DNA from: Chloroflexota bacterium
GTDB taxonomy: Bacteria; Chloroflexota; Dormibacteria; CF-121
NCBI GenBank assembly: GCA_005881715.1
Contig: VBEE01000036.1
Coordinates: 5,961 to 55,524, forward strand
DNA length: 49,564 nucleotides
Direction: 5' to 3'
Shown: piece after piece, positions 19,237-29,054 of the stretch
How positions within the stretch are numbered: the stretch's first letter is position 1
How the letters are laid out: each line of letters starts with the position of its first letter
Made by a program: the position numbers and the translations under genes
Notes under the pieces: generated by a model
What the model was told of the DNA's origin: nothing
Databases searched by the model: none
Seen by the model: the letters and a program-made list of their open reading frames with translations, nothing else

Positions 19237-21401
19237 AATGGGGTCTCCCAGGCGGCACGCAGGGTATCGAGGGGAACCCGGATTTCCGAGCCCACCTGGA
19301 AGTCATCCCCGCCTACCACGCCGATGGCATGCAGGGGGACATGATGGTGCGCCATCAATTTCTGCAGCTCCGGTACCCGACGGGGCGCCACGCTGACGAT
19401 GACGCGGCCCTGCGACTCACCGAAATAGAAGGCCTCACGGCTGACCGGTCCGGCGATACCCGGGCAACGGAGCCCGCGTCCGCCGAAGAGGGCGCTCTCC
19501 GCCAGCGCAATGAGCAGACCGCCATCGGCAACATCGTGGGCGCAGCGTAGCACTCCTCTCCCGATGGAATCGAGCAGCCCCGCTTGCAGGCGACGCTCCA
19601 TCTCGAGACTCACCATCGGTGGCCGGCCTTCCAATTTGGCGCCAAGCAGCCGGAAATACGCACTGCCGGCGAGTTCCTCACGGGTCTCGCCCAGCAGAAA
19701 GACGAGATCACCATCATCCTGAAACCCAGCAGGACAACGAGCCGACACGTCGTCCAGCAAGCCGACCATGCCGATCACCGGCGTCGGCGGGATGTTCCGC
19801 TCACTCGTCTCGTTGTAGAGGCTCACGTTTCCGCTGACCACGGGCAGTTCGAAGGCGCGGCAGGCATCGGCCATTCCGCGCGTGCACTCCTGCAGTTGTC
19901 CAAAAACCTGGGGGCGCTGCGGGTTCCCAAAGTTGAGGCAGTTGGTTACCGCGATCGGACGCGCGCCGGTGCACACAATATTTCGGGCCGCCTCAGCCAC
20001 CGCAGCTTTGGTGCCTTCATAGGGATCGAGGACAACGTACCAGGGGTTGCCGTCGGTGGTCAGGGCCAGCGCCTTGCGAGTGCCCGGCACCCGAAGCAGG
20101 GCCGCGTCGAAGCCCGGACCGAACACGGTATTGTCCTGGACCTGATGATCGTAGGTCCGATAAATGGGACGACGGCTGCGTAAGTTCGGGCTGGCGATCA
20201 AGTCGAGCAGGATGGCCTCCGGCTCATCGACCGACGGCAAGAGGGGCGAGAGCGGCTTATCGGGAAACGTGGCGGCCGGCGAACGCAGCGGCACGCCATC
20301 GATGAGCGTTTTCAATGGAAGATCGGCGACGACCACCCCAGCCTCTCGAATGCGGATCCGCCCGGTCGACGTCACGCTGCCGACCCGATCCGCATGCAGC
20401 TCGAAGTGATCGACGATCTGTCGCACCGCCGCCTCAGCCGGGGGTCTGACCACCACCAGCATCCGCTCCTGGGATTCGGACAGCATGACCTCGTAGGCGC
20501 TCATGCCCTGCTCCCGACGGCTGACGCGATCGATATCGATATCGATGCCGCGACGGCCACGGTGGGCCAGCTCGCTGGCGGCACTCGTCAATCCGGCAGC
20601 GCCCAGGTCTTGAATGGCCGTGACGCCGTCGAGCTCGTTGAGCTGCAGGCAGGCTTCACAGAGCAGCTTCTCGAGGAATGGGTTCCCAACCTGCACCGCG
20701 GGGCGCCGCGATACCGATCGCTCATCCATCTCCACGGAGGCGAAGGTCGCGCCGTGGATCCCGTCACGGCCTGTGTCGGCACCAACCATGAGCACGACGT
20801 CGCCGGTGCGATCAGCCTTCGCGCGGCGAAGTCGGCTCTGGGCCACCAGCCCGACGCACATCGCGTTGACGATCGGGTTGTCGGCGTAGCCGCGATCGAA
20901 ATACACCTCACCACCGACGGTTGGACAGCCGAAACAGTTGCCGTAGCCGCCGATGCCGGCGACGACGCCCTGGAACAGGTGACGATTTCGGCCTTCCTCC
21001 AATGGACCGAAACGCAAGGCATTGAGGATTGCGATGGGACGTGCCCCCATGGCAAAAACATCCCGAAGGATGCCGCCCACCCCGGTAGCGGCCCCCTGGT
21101 AGGGCTCAATCGCCGACGGATGGTTGTGCGATTCGATCTTGAACACGACCGCCAGCCCATCGCCGATATCGACGGCTCCCGCGTTTTCGCCGGGTCCCTG
21201 CAACACATGCGGGCCCTCGGTGGGCAGCTGGCGTAGCAACGCCTTCGAGGTCTTGTAGGAGCAATGCTCACTCCACATTGCGCCGAGCATCCCGAGCTCA
21301 AGATCATTCGGGTCGCGCCCAAGAGCGCGGACGATGGTACGGTACTCATCCTCGTCGAGGGCCACGGCTTCGAGCCGGGCCTTTCCAATCGCCACTGCCA
21401 C
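19233..21401 (-). CDS. purL: FGAM synthase subunit PurL (small type)
   Basis: [49 protein letters not shown]. Confidence 0.97.
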   Translation of the reverse strand: MAVAIGKARLEAVALDEDEYRTIVRALGRDPNDLELGMLGAMWSEHCSYKTSKALLRQLPTEGPHVLQGPGENAGAVDIGDGLAVVFKIESHNHPSAIEPYQGAATGVGGILRDVFAMGARPIAILNALRFGPLEEGRNRHLFQGVVAGIGGYGNCFGCPTVGGEVYFDRGYADNPIVNAMCVGLVAQSRLRRAKADRTGDVVLMVGADTGRDGIHGATFASVEMDERSVSRRPAVQVGNPFLEKLLCEACLQLNELDGVTAIQDLGAAGLTSAASELAHRGRRGIDIDIDRVSRREQGMSAYEVMLSESQERMLVVVRPPAEAAVRQIVDHFELHADRVGSVTSTGRIRIREAGVVVADLPLKTLIDGVPLRSPAATFPDKPLSPLLPSVDEPEAILLDLIASPNLRSRRPIYRTYDHQVQDNTVFGPGFDAALLRVPGTRKALALTTDGNPWYVVLDPYEGTKAAVAEAARNIVCTGARPIAVTNCLNFGNPQRPQVFGQLQECTRGMADACRAFELPVVSGNVSLYNETSERNIPPTPVIGMVGLLDDVSARCPAGFQDDGDLVFLLGETREELAGSAYFRLLGAKLEGRPPMVSLEMERRLQAGLLDSIGRGVLRCAHDVADGGLLIALAESALFGGRGLRCPGIAGPVSREAFYFGESQGRVIVSVAPRRVPELQKLMAHHHVPLHAIGVVGGDDFQVGSEIRVPLDTLRAAWETPF

Positions 21402-22102
21402 TAGACGGCCACCCGGGTCAGTGCATGGATGGCCGAACGAAACACGGCGAGCCCATCCTCGCTACCCAGCAGGGCCTCGCAGGCCCGTTCGGGATGCGGC
21501 ATCATGCCGACCACATTGCCGCGCGCGTTGGAGATTCCGGCGATGTTGCCTAATGAGCCGTTCGGATTCGCCGCGGCAGTCACGCGGCCGTCGGGGGCAC
21601 AGTAGCGGAACACGACCCGCCCGGCTCGCTCGAGTGACTCGAGGGTCGCCGCGTCGGCGAAGAAATTGCCCTCGCCATGTGAAATCGGGATTCGAAGCAC
21701 CTGCCCGGGACGGCAGTCAAGGGTAAAGGCCGAGTCACTCTGCTCGACCCGCAGATGGACCCACTCACATCGAAACTCGCAAGACGCATTTCTGAGGAGC
21801 GCGCCGGGAAGCAGGCGGGCTTCTTGCAGGATTTGAAACCCATTGCAGATACCCAGCACCAGCCCGCCCCGATTCGCAAAGTCGGCAACCGCCTCCATCA
21901 CCGGCGCGAACCGCGCAATCGCGCCGCAGCGCAGGTAGTCACCGTAGGAAAACCCGCCCGGCAGCACGACCAGTTCCAGATCGTCGAGAGCACGCTCGCG
22001 GTGGTCGACGTAGCGCACCGGCTCGCCGAGGATCTCACCGACTGCATGGAAACAGTCCCGGTCACTCCAGGTGCCCGGAAAGACGACGATTCCCGTCCTC
22101 AA
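21401..22102 (-). CDS. purQ: FGAM synthase glutaminase subunit
   Basis: [36 protein letters not shown]. Confidence 0.97.
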   Translation of the reverse strand: MRTGIVVFPGTWSDRDCFHAVGEILGEPVRYVDHRERALDDLELVVLPGGFSYGDYLRCGAIARFAPVMEAVADFANRGGLVLGICNGFQILQEARLLPGALLRNASCEFRCEWVHLRVEQSDSAFTLDCRPGQVLRIPISHGEGNFFADAATLESLERAGRVVFRYCAPDGRVTAAANPNGSLGNIAGISNARGNVVGMMPHPERACEALLGSEDGLAVFRSAIHALTRVAV

Positions 22103-22347
22103 GCGGGTTGCACCTCGATGCGGAAATCTTCGATAACCGCATTGGCGAGAAGCTGCTGCGCCATCTCCTCGACCCGAGCCCGGGCACGATCTTCGTCCGG
22201 CTCGTCCAGCGTGATCGCGAGGTACTTGCCCGCCCGCACATCTTTCACCGAATCGAACCCAAGAGCCTGCAGGCCGCCCCGGATGGTGAGGCCCGCTGGA
22301 TCATTGACGACCGGCTTCAGCGTGACAAAGACTTCAGCTCGGTACAT
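22099..22347 (-). CDS. purS: FGAM synthase subunit PurS
   Basis: V.LK..V.DP.G..I...L..LGF..V..VR.GK...LLAN.VIE.F. Confidence 0.95.
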   Translation of the reverse strand: MYRAEVFVTLKPVVNDPAGLTIRGGLQALGFDSVKDVRAGKYLAITLDEPDEDRARARVEEMAQQLLANAVIEDFRIEVQPA

Positions 22348-23263
22348 GACGCCTCAAACGCTCGCTTCGCTCTCCGCGCGGCTCGCGTGGACCGGCAGGC
22401 CCGAGGCGCCGGAGCGCCTCGAGGTAGCGGACACTCGTTCCCTCAACGACCTCATCAGGTAGCGGGGGCGCCGGCGGTTGCTTGTTCCAACCAACCTGTT
22501 CGAGGTAATCGCGGACGAACTGCTTATCGAAGGAGGGCTGGGGTCCACCAGGACGATATCGTTGCGCATCCCAGAATCGCGACGAATCGGGGGTCAACAG
22601 CTCGTCAATCAAGATGACGTCACCACCGTGGAACCCGAACTCAAACTTCGTATCCGCCAGGATGAGCCCCGACTGCAGCGCGCGTTCCGCCGCAAACCCG
22701 TAGAGCGAAAGACTGAGACGTTCGAGCGTCTGGGCCAGCTCGCGGCCAGTCCGGTGGGCGAGCTCGGCCGGTGAGATGTTTTCGTCATGGCCGGAGGTCG
22801 CCTTGGTGGCCGGCGTAAAGACCGGCTCCGGCAGTCGGTCGCTCTCTCGCAGCCCCTCGGGCAGCCGCTCACCGGCGATCGACCCGCTGCGCTGGTAGTC
22901 CTTCCAACCCGACCCCGAAATATAGCCGCGTACCACGCACTCGAACAGGATGGGCTCGGCCATCACCACCCGCATGCTGCGCTGCTCGAGGTCCGGCTGC
23001 TCGCTGAGGACCGAGGTTGGGATCGACAGGTCAGGGGCAAGGTGGTTGCGGACCAGGCCGGCCGTCTCCCGGAACCAGGCGAGGGACAGCTGATTCAAGA
23101 CCCGGCCTTTTTCCGGGATCGGGGTTGGCAGCACGACGTCGAATGCGGAGATTCGGTCGGTCGCCACCATCAGGAGTTCGCGATCGCTCAGGCGGTAGGT
23201 ATCGCGCACCTTTCCCTGTGAGTGGAGCGGCAGCGGCAGCGAGGTGGTCAGGATGGGAGTCAT
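22334..23263 (-). CDS. purC: SAICAR synthetase
   Basis: GKVRD, ATDRISAFD, ECVVRGY..GSGW, ADTKFEFG, DE.LTPDSSRFW, DKQFVRD. Confidence 0.97.
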   Translation of the reverse strand: MTPILTTSLPLPLHSQGKVRDTYRLSDRELLMVATDRISAFDVVLPTPIPEKGRVLNQLSLAWFRETAGLVRNHLAPDLSIPTSVLSEQPDLEQRSMRVVMAEPILFECVVRGYISGSGWKDYQRSGSIAGERLPEGLRESDRLPEPVFTPATKATSGHDENISPAELAHRTGRELAQTLERLSLSLYGFAAERALQSGLILADTKFEFGFHGGDVILIDELLTPDSSRFWDAQRYRPGGPQPSFDKQFVRDYLEQVGWNKQPPAPPLPDEVVEGTSVRYLEALRRLGPAGPREPRGERSERLRRHVPS

Positions 23264-24573
23264 GCGGGTGACAGGGCCACCGGATCAAGTCCGACGCGCT
23301 CGAAGGTCACGTCCAGATGGCGCAGGTAATACGCCGGATCGAACAGCTCCGCCAGCTCCTCGGCGGTGAGTCGCTCGCGCACCTCCGGCGCCTGCCCGAC
23401 GATGGTCTTGAAATCCTGTCCATCATCGAGCGCACTGAGGGCCGCCCGCTGCACCACCCGGTAGGCGTCCTGGCGCGACATCCCCTTCTGCACCAGAGCC
23501 AGCAGGACCCGCTGGGAGAAAACCACGCCGCCGCTCCGATACAGGTTGGCCCGCATCCGCTCGCGGTCGATGGTCAACCCTTCCAGGATTTCGGCCATCA
23601 AGCGGAGCATGTAATCGAGAAGGATGCACGCGTCGGGGAAGATGATCCGTTCCGCGGAGGAGTGACTGATGTCGCGCTCGTGCCAGAGCGCCTGGTTCTC
23701 CAGCGCCGTCTGGGCGTAGCCGCGGACGACCCGGGCCAGCCCGCAGACTCGCTCGCTCAGGATGGGGTTGCGTTTGTGCGGCATCGCGGAGGAACCCTTC
23801 TGCTGCTCGCCGAACGGCTCGCGGACCTCGGAGACCTCACTCCGCTGCAGATGGCGGATATCGGTGGCGAATTTCTCCAGGCTCCCGCCGAGCACCGCGA
23901 GCGTCGAGAGGTAGGCGGCGTGCCGGTCGCGCGCGATCACCTGGGTGGTCACCGGCGCAACCTTCAGACTCAGCTTCGCGAGGCTGGCCTCTTCGACCCG
24001 CGGGTCGACGGTGGCGTGGGTGCCCACCGCGCCGGACAGCTTGCCCACCCGGATGTCGTCGCGCGTGGTGACCAGGCGCTGGCGGTCACGGTCCAGCTCG
24101 TCCAGCCAGCCGGCGAGCACAAAGCCGAAGCTGAGCGGTTCGGCATGGATACCGTGGGTCCGGCCGGCCATCAGGGTCCCGCGCTCCTCGATCGCCCGGC
24201 GCCGGATCACGGACGACAGGCGATCGAGATCGTTGAGAAGGATGTCGGCGGCGCGCACCAGCTGCAGGGCGAGCGCCGTATCGAGGATGTCGGAGGAGGT
24301 CAAGCCGCGGTGCAGATAGCGGGCATCGTCGCCGACCGATTCGGCCAGCGAGTCCAGGAACGCAACCACGTCATGCCCGACCCGCTCCTCCAGGCGCGCG
24401 ATGTGCTCGGCATCGACGGTCGCGTGCCGGAGACGCTCGATCGCTGATTTCGGGATCTCCCCGATCTCGGCCCACGCCTCGGTCACGACGAGTTCGATCC
24501 GCAGCCACAGTTCGTAGCGCTGCGTTGGAGAGAAGAGCTCGCTCATCTCCGGGTGAGCGTATCGGGGGATCAA
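23260..24573 (-). CDS. purB: Adenylosuccinate lyase
   Basis: MIPRY, HDVVAF, GRTHG.HAEP, GSSAMPHKRNP, WHERDISHS; SD AAGGAG before TTG. Confidence 0.97.
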   Translation of the reverse strand: MIPRYAHPEMSELFSPTQRYELWLRIELVVTEAWAEIGEIPKSAIERLRHATVDAEHIARLEERVGHDVVAFLDSLAESVGDDARYLHRGLTSSDILDTALALQLVRAADILLNDLDRLSSVIRRRAIEERGTLMAGRTHGIHAEPLSFGFVLAGWLDELDRDRQRLVTTRDDIRVGKLSGAVGTHATVDPRVEEASLAKLSLKVAPVTTQVIARDRHAAYLSTLAVLGGSLEKFATDIRHLQRSEVSEVREPFGEQQKGSSAMPHKRNPILSERVCGLARVVRGYAQTALENQALWHERDISHSSAERIIFPDACILLDYMLRLMAEILEGLTIDRERMRANLYRSGGVVFSQRVLLALVQKGMSRQDAYRVVQRAALSALDDGQDFKTIVGQAPEVRERLTAEELAELFDPAYYLRHLDVTFERVGLDPVALSPA

Positions 24574-24620
24574 ACGGCGGCTGGTCTCCTTTTGGGTGGC
24601 GGGCCGTCGGTGACCGGCTG

Positions 24621-24626
24621 ATTATA
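24621..24626 (-). promoter_or_regulatory. -10 element (TATAAT) upstream of the purB operon
   Basis: Perfect TATAAT 48 nt upstream of the purB start; no clear -35. Confidence 0.5.
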
Positions 24627-24738
24627 CTGGCGATTCCCCGCCCAAAACCGGTGGATCAGGCGTGACGCGGACCGTAACCTCCCTCCCTTTGGGCGCCTTT
24701 TTCTTATACAGGGAGTTGCTGGTACATTGGCCGAACAC

Positions 24739-24764
24739 GTAACCAAGAGGGGGCGTGTCCCGTT
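24739..24764 (+). promoter_or_regulatory. Candidate ECF-sigma autoregulatory promoter
   Basis: GTAAC-N17-CGTT about 34 nt upstream of the ECF sigma gene, fitting the generic AAC...CGT ECF pattern. Confidence 0.5.
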
Positions 24765-24797
24765 CAGTCTGCAGCGGGCGCCCCGTGGGGTGCCTTG

Positions 24798-25358
24798 ATG
24801 CCGGACAGATTTGAAGAGCGGGAACTTGTCGAGCGGGCGAAGCTGGACCCGGACGCGTTCGGGGCACTTTACGATCGCTATTTCCCGCAGATCTATCGCT
24901 TTGCGTATTCACGAGTGCGAGACCAGTCGCTGGCAGAGGATGTGACGTCGGAGGTGTTCTTTAAAGCGCTGAAAAACATCAAACGGTACACCTACTCGGG
25001 CCACCCCTTCTCCTCCTGGCTCTACCAGATCACGCTCAACGCGGTCGCCGACCACTATCGCGGGGCGGCGGGAAAAGAGGTCGAGCTCGAGGAGGGCGCC
25101 AGCCTGCCCAGCACCGAGCCAACGGTGGTCGACGAGGTGGTGCGGCGCGATCGCAGCCGCCGGGTCTGGTCCGCCATCGACCAGCTGCCGAAGCAGCAGC
25201 GGGCCGCCATGGTGCTGAAGTTCGGCGAGGACCGGAAGATCGAGGAGATCGCCCAGATCCTGGGCAAGAGCTCGGGGGCGGTGAAGCTGCTGCTGCACCG
25301 CGGGGTCGAGCGGCTGCGCCGCGAGCTCCCGCCGGAATTCGAACTGGGGACGCCCTGA
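24798..25358 (+). CDS. ECF-family RNA polymerase sigma-70 factor
   Basis: AF.ALYDRY...IYRF, AEDVTSEVF.KA, FSSWLY.I..N...DHYR, region 4 EEIAQILGKS.GAVK.LLHRG. Confidence 0.95.
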   Translation: MPDRFEERELVERAKLDPDAFGALYDRYFPQIYRFAYSRVRDQSLAEDVTSEVFFKALKNIKRYTYSGHPFSSWLYQITLNAVADHYRGAAGKEVELEEGASLPSTEPTVVDEVVRRDRSRRVWSAIDQLPKQQRAAMVLKFGEDRKIEEIAQILGKSSGAVKLLLHRGVERLRRELPPEFELGTP

Positions 25359-27625
25359 TGGACGACAAAGAACTCGACGAACTCTTCACCGATCCGGCCC
25401 ACCAGGAAGTGGTCGACCTCCTCAAGACCTCGCGGCCCGCGACGCCGCCGCTCGACCCCAACTTCCGTCTTCACCTCCGGGCCCAGTTGATGGCCGAGGC
25501 CAGGAAGACGTTGGTCCCGCGGGCCTCGCGGTCATGGTTTCCCTTCAACTTCACGCCATCGGTGCTCGCGCCGGCGATGGCGGCGGTGGCCGCCGGCTTC
25601 ATCGTCGTGCTCGGTATCGAGGTCTACCTGGCGAACCAGCCGACGGCAGCACCGGTGGCCTTCGATGTCAGCAAGCTCAACAACAAGTCCAACGTCGCCA
25701 CCGGTGAGCCGATCGAGATCCCCTTCAGCGGGCCGGTCGACAAAGCCGCGGTGGAGATCCAGATCGAGCCGGCAACGTCATTCACGCAGCAGTGGGTCGG
25801 CCAAACCCTGGTCATCGTCCCCGATCATCAACTGGCTCCGAACACGACCTATACGGTCACGGTGAAGCCCAGGGCGACTCTCGCCACCCCGAATCCATCC
25901 AATCCCAATAGCCCGAAGCCGGCCGTGGCACCCACGCCGGCCGTGGTGCACTTCACGACGGTTCGGGCACCCATCCCGCCGGTAGTCCCGCCGTCGTTTC
26001 GGAGCGCCGGCGTCACGTACGGCTTCGACAGCCGGCTCGGCGACTCGGGCAAGCTCAAGATTCTGAACGCGGTCTGGACCTCCGCCGGCCAATTGCTGGT
26101 CACCCGCCCCGGTGGCCAGGCCGGGCCCGCAGCGGTACCCAGCCCATCGGCGACGGCAACCGCCTCCGGCTCAGCCGCAGGCACTGATGTCTGGCTGATG
26201 AGCCCGATCGGGACGCCGGTCCGGCTGGTCGGCCCGGGCGACAACTTCCCGGCGGCGGCGCCCACGGGCGGCCTCTTCAGCGCCTGGCGCCAGCAAGGCA
26301 CGCAGGCCAACCTCGAGGTCCGTGACCTGCAGGGGAACCTGGTGTCGACCGCCGCCACGCTCGACGGCGTTCCCGATCGAGCGGCGGTCTGGATCGGCTC
26401 CGACCGGCTTGCCTACGTCGACAATGGCGCGCTTCGCATTGTCGGGCTGCACGCCCCACTCGAGGCGCCGGCGCTCAAGGTCGACCACGACGGCAGCCTG
26501 GCCGCATCGCCGAACGGGCAGTTCCTCGCGGTGCAGTCGACCACCGGCTCGGTCGTGCTGGACCTGACGCCGGGCCCCACGCAGCGCCTGCTCGACGGCG
26601 CGAGCGGCTTTACCTGGTCCGCCAAAGGCGACCTCGCCTTTACGATCCAAAGGGACACGGGTACGGAGCTGTACCTGCTGACGGGAGGGAAGACCTCCAA
26701 GATTGCCAGCAGCCCCGGCAGCCAGACCTGGTCTGACCTGAACTGGGCGCCGGACGCGGCTTCACTCCTGTTCGCCGCCAGGCCGACCGCGGGTAACAGC
26801 TCGGCATCCGTCCTGATGCTGATCAATCGCGACGGCAGTAATCCACTCAGGTTTGGTCCCCAGCGGGAATACAGCGCCCCGCAATGGTCCCCGGGCGGCG
26901 ACCTCGTGCTCTTCACCCGTCGGGACGAGGCCGGTGGGAACGCGTTCTGGACCGCCACCTCGGCCCCGTCCGGCAACGATGCGGCGGAAAAGCAGGCGCT
27001 GGCCGAAGTCGAGAAATTCATGCAGGCACGCATTCATGGCGACAACAGCACCGCGCAGGACGAACTCGACGATGCCGGTCGAGCGGCCTACCAGGCGGGC
27101 GCGTCGTCGCTGTTCAGCCCCGCGGGAACGCAATTCGCCCGCTACTATCCGGTGACCGTGCAGCTGACCGGCTCCAACCCCAACAAGTTCCTGGTGGGCG
27201 TCCGCATCTTCCTTGCGAAATCAGGCGTTGAGACCAGCTTTTTCGAAGAGCAGCTCAGTCTGACCCTTCAGGCTCAGCGTTACCTGGTCGATGGCGTCAA
27301 GGCCTCGGACACGACGGCTCTCGGCCACGGTCCGACGGTCGTCTCGGTGCAAGTCCTTCCGGCCCCGCCAGGCCAGCAGGTGCGGGTGCGGTTTGACGCC
27401 GACCTCAAGGCGGAGAGCGTAACCAACAGCACCATCCAGGTCAAGGATGCCAACGGGGAGCTGGTGGCCGCGCGGGTGAGCTTCGATCCCGACAAGCATC
27501 TGGCAACGGTCACCATCCGGCTACGGCCGGGCACTTACCAGCTCGTGGTCACCAGCGGCGTCACGGACATCAACGGCACACCGCTGGCCCAGGAATACAC
27601 CGCCCCCCTGATCATCGGTCGATAA
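25358..27625 (+). CDS. Membrane-anchored putative anti-sigma factor with Ig-like (Big_5-type) and TolB/WD40-like beta-propeller extracellular domains
   Basis: Translationally coupled to sigma (TGATG); cytoplasmic LDPNFRLHLRAQL helix; one TM helix; I.I.FS.PVD...L.PNTTYTV Ig pattern; repeated WSAKG/WAPD/WSPGG/SPNG propeller motifs; C-terminal V.V.FD..L...GTYQL.V..GVTD.NG.PL Ig pattern. Confidence 0.75.
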   Translation: MDDKELDELFTDPAHQEVVDLLKTSRPATPPLDPNFRLHLRAQLMAEARKTLVPRASRSWFPFNFTPSVLAPAMAAVAAGFIVVLGIEVYLANQPTAAPVAFDVSKLNNKSNVATGEPIEIPFSGPVDKAAVEIQIEPATSFTQQWVGQTLVIVPDHQLAPNTTYTVTVKPRATLATPNPSNPNSPKPAVAPTPAVVHFTTVRAPIPPVVPPSFRSAGVTYGFDSRLGDSGKLKILNAVWTSAGQLLVTRPGGQAGPAAVPSPSATATASGSAAGTDVWLMSPIGTPVRLVGPGDNFPAAAPTGGLFSAWRQQGTQANLEVRDLQGNLVSTAATLDGVPDRAAVWIGSDRLAYVDNGALRIVGLHAPLEAPALKVDHDGSLAASPNGQFLAVQSTTGSVVLDLTPGPTQRLLDGASGFTWSAKGDLAFTIQRDTGTELYLLTGGKTSKIASSPGSQTWSDLNWAPDAASLLFAARPTAGNSSASVLMLINRDGSNPLRFGPQREYSAPQWSPGGDLVLFTRRDEAGGNAFWTATSAPSGNDAAEKQALAEVEKFMQARIHGDNSTAQDELDDAGRAAYQAGASSLFSPAGTQFARYYPVTVQLTGSNPNKFLVGVRIFLAKSGVETSFFEEQLSLTLQAQRYLVDGVKASDTTALGHGPTVVSVQVLPAPPGQQVRVRFDADLKAESVTNSTIQVKDANGELVAARVSFDPDKHLATVTIRLRPGTYQLVVTSGVTDINGTPLAQEYTAPLIIGR

Positions 27626-29054
27626 CCGCGGCCGCGATGGCCGCCGCAACCTCGCCGCCGCCGTAGAGCGACTCGAGCGGCGAGCCCTGCGCGTCGAACG
27701 CCTTCGTTTTCTCCAGCAGGCCGGGGTGCTCCTGAATGAAACTCGTCGAGATCCGGCCCTTGAGGAAATCGGCCTCCTCGAGCAGGGCCCGATGAAATGG
27801 GACGGTGGTCTTCGGCCCGGTGAGCACCATCTCCTGGAGGGCGCGGCGGCCCCGCCCGACGGCGGCGTCCCGATCTTCCGCCCAGACGATCAACTTGAGC
27901 AGGAGCGAGTCGAAATGCGGGGAGATCTCCTGGTGCGGCCGGATGCCGCTGTCGACCCGAACGCCCGGTCCGGAGGGCGGCGCGTAACGCTGAATCCGAC
28001 GGGGCGTGGGCATGAAGTTCCGCAGGGGATCCTCGGCGTTGATCCGGAATTCGATGGCGTGGCCACGCGGCGCGGGATAACCCTCGGGTGGAATCCGCTC
28101 GCCACGAGCGATCCGAACCTGCTCGCGCACCAGGTCGATGCCGAGCACCGACTCGGTAACCGGATGCTCGACCTGCAATCGGGTGTTCATCTCGAGGAAG
28201 TAGAAGTCCTCGCCCGACACGATGAACTCGATGGTCCCGGCGTTCTCGTAACCGACAGCCGCAGCGGCCTTGATCGCCGCTTCCGCCATGGCGCGACGGC
28301 GCGCGTCGGTCAGACCAACCGCCGGCGTCTCCTCCAGAAGTTTCTGATGCCGCCGTTGGATGGAACACTCGCGTTCGCCAAGCGCGAGGGTGGTGCCGTG
28401 GCCATCGGCGAGGACTTGCATCTCGATGTGACGAGGGTGCGACAGATAACGCTCGAGGTAGACATCCGGGCTGGCGAAGGATGCCTGCGCCGCGCGACGG
28501 CAGGCCTCAAAGGCGGCGGGGAGCTCCTCAGCCCGCTGGGCCACCCGCATTCCGATCCCGCCGCCGCCCGCCGCGGCTTTGACGAGCACCGGATAACCGA
28601 TCCGCGCCGCCTCCGTAACCGCTGCCTGCTCGTCGCGCAAGGCGGTGGTCCCCGGCACGACGGGGACGCCGGCCTCGATCATTCGGCGACGAGCCTCGAC
28701 TTTGTCGCCCATCGCCCGCATGCTGGACGCCGACGGGCCGATAAAGGTCAGGCCGTTGCGCGCGCAGGCCTCCGCGAACCCGGGATTCTCGGAAAGGAAC
28801 CCGTAGCCGGGATGAACCGCGTCAGCCCCATGCTCCCGGGCGATCCGAACCAGCTGATCGATGTCGAGGTAGACCTGGCGCGGCGATGGCCCGGCTAGCG
28901 CCACCCGCTCGTCCGCGAAGTAGGTGTGGGGGGCGCGGGCATCGGGCTCGGCATAAACCGCGACCGTTGGCATCCCCATCTCGCGGCAGGTCCGCATCAC
29001 GCGCAGCGCGATCTCCCCGCGGTTCGCGACCAGGACTTTGGTGACGCTAGCCAA
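27612..29054 (-). CDS. Biotin carboxylase (PycA/AccC-type)
   Basis: KVLVANRGEIA.R, HPGYGFLSEN, MGDK, KAAAGGGG.GMR, RECSIQRRHQK, FLEMNTRLQVEHPVTE, RINAEDP. Confidence 0.95.
   Translation of the reverse strand: MASVTKVLVANRGEIALRVMRTCREMGMPTVAVYAEPDARAPHTYFADERVALAGPSPRQVYLDIDQLVRIAREHGADAVHPGYGFLSENPGFAEACARNGLTFIGPSASSMRAMGDKVEARRRMIEAGVPVVPGTTALRDEQAAVTEAARIGYPVLVKAAAGGGGIGMRVAQRAEELPAAFEACRRAAQASFASPDVYLERYLSHPRHIEMQVLADGHGTTLALGERECSIQRRHQKLLEETPAVGLTDARRRAMAEAAIKAAAAVGYENAGTIEFIVSGEDFYFLEMNTRLQVEHPVTESVLGIDLVREQVRIARGERIPPEGYPAPRGHAIEFRINAEDPLRNFMPTPRRIQRYAPPSGPGVRVDSGIRPHQEISPHFDSLLLKLIVWAEDRDAAVGRGRRALQEMVLTGPKTTVPFHRALLEEADFLKGRISTSFIQEHPGLLEKTKAFDAQGSPLESLYGGGEVAAAIAAAVIDR

Noticed and set aside
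24574-24797. Possible purine, ZTP or PRPP riboswitch before purB
   Set aside because: No conserved aptamer blocks recognised; the TATAAT leaves only a ~40-nt leader.
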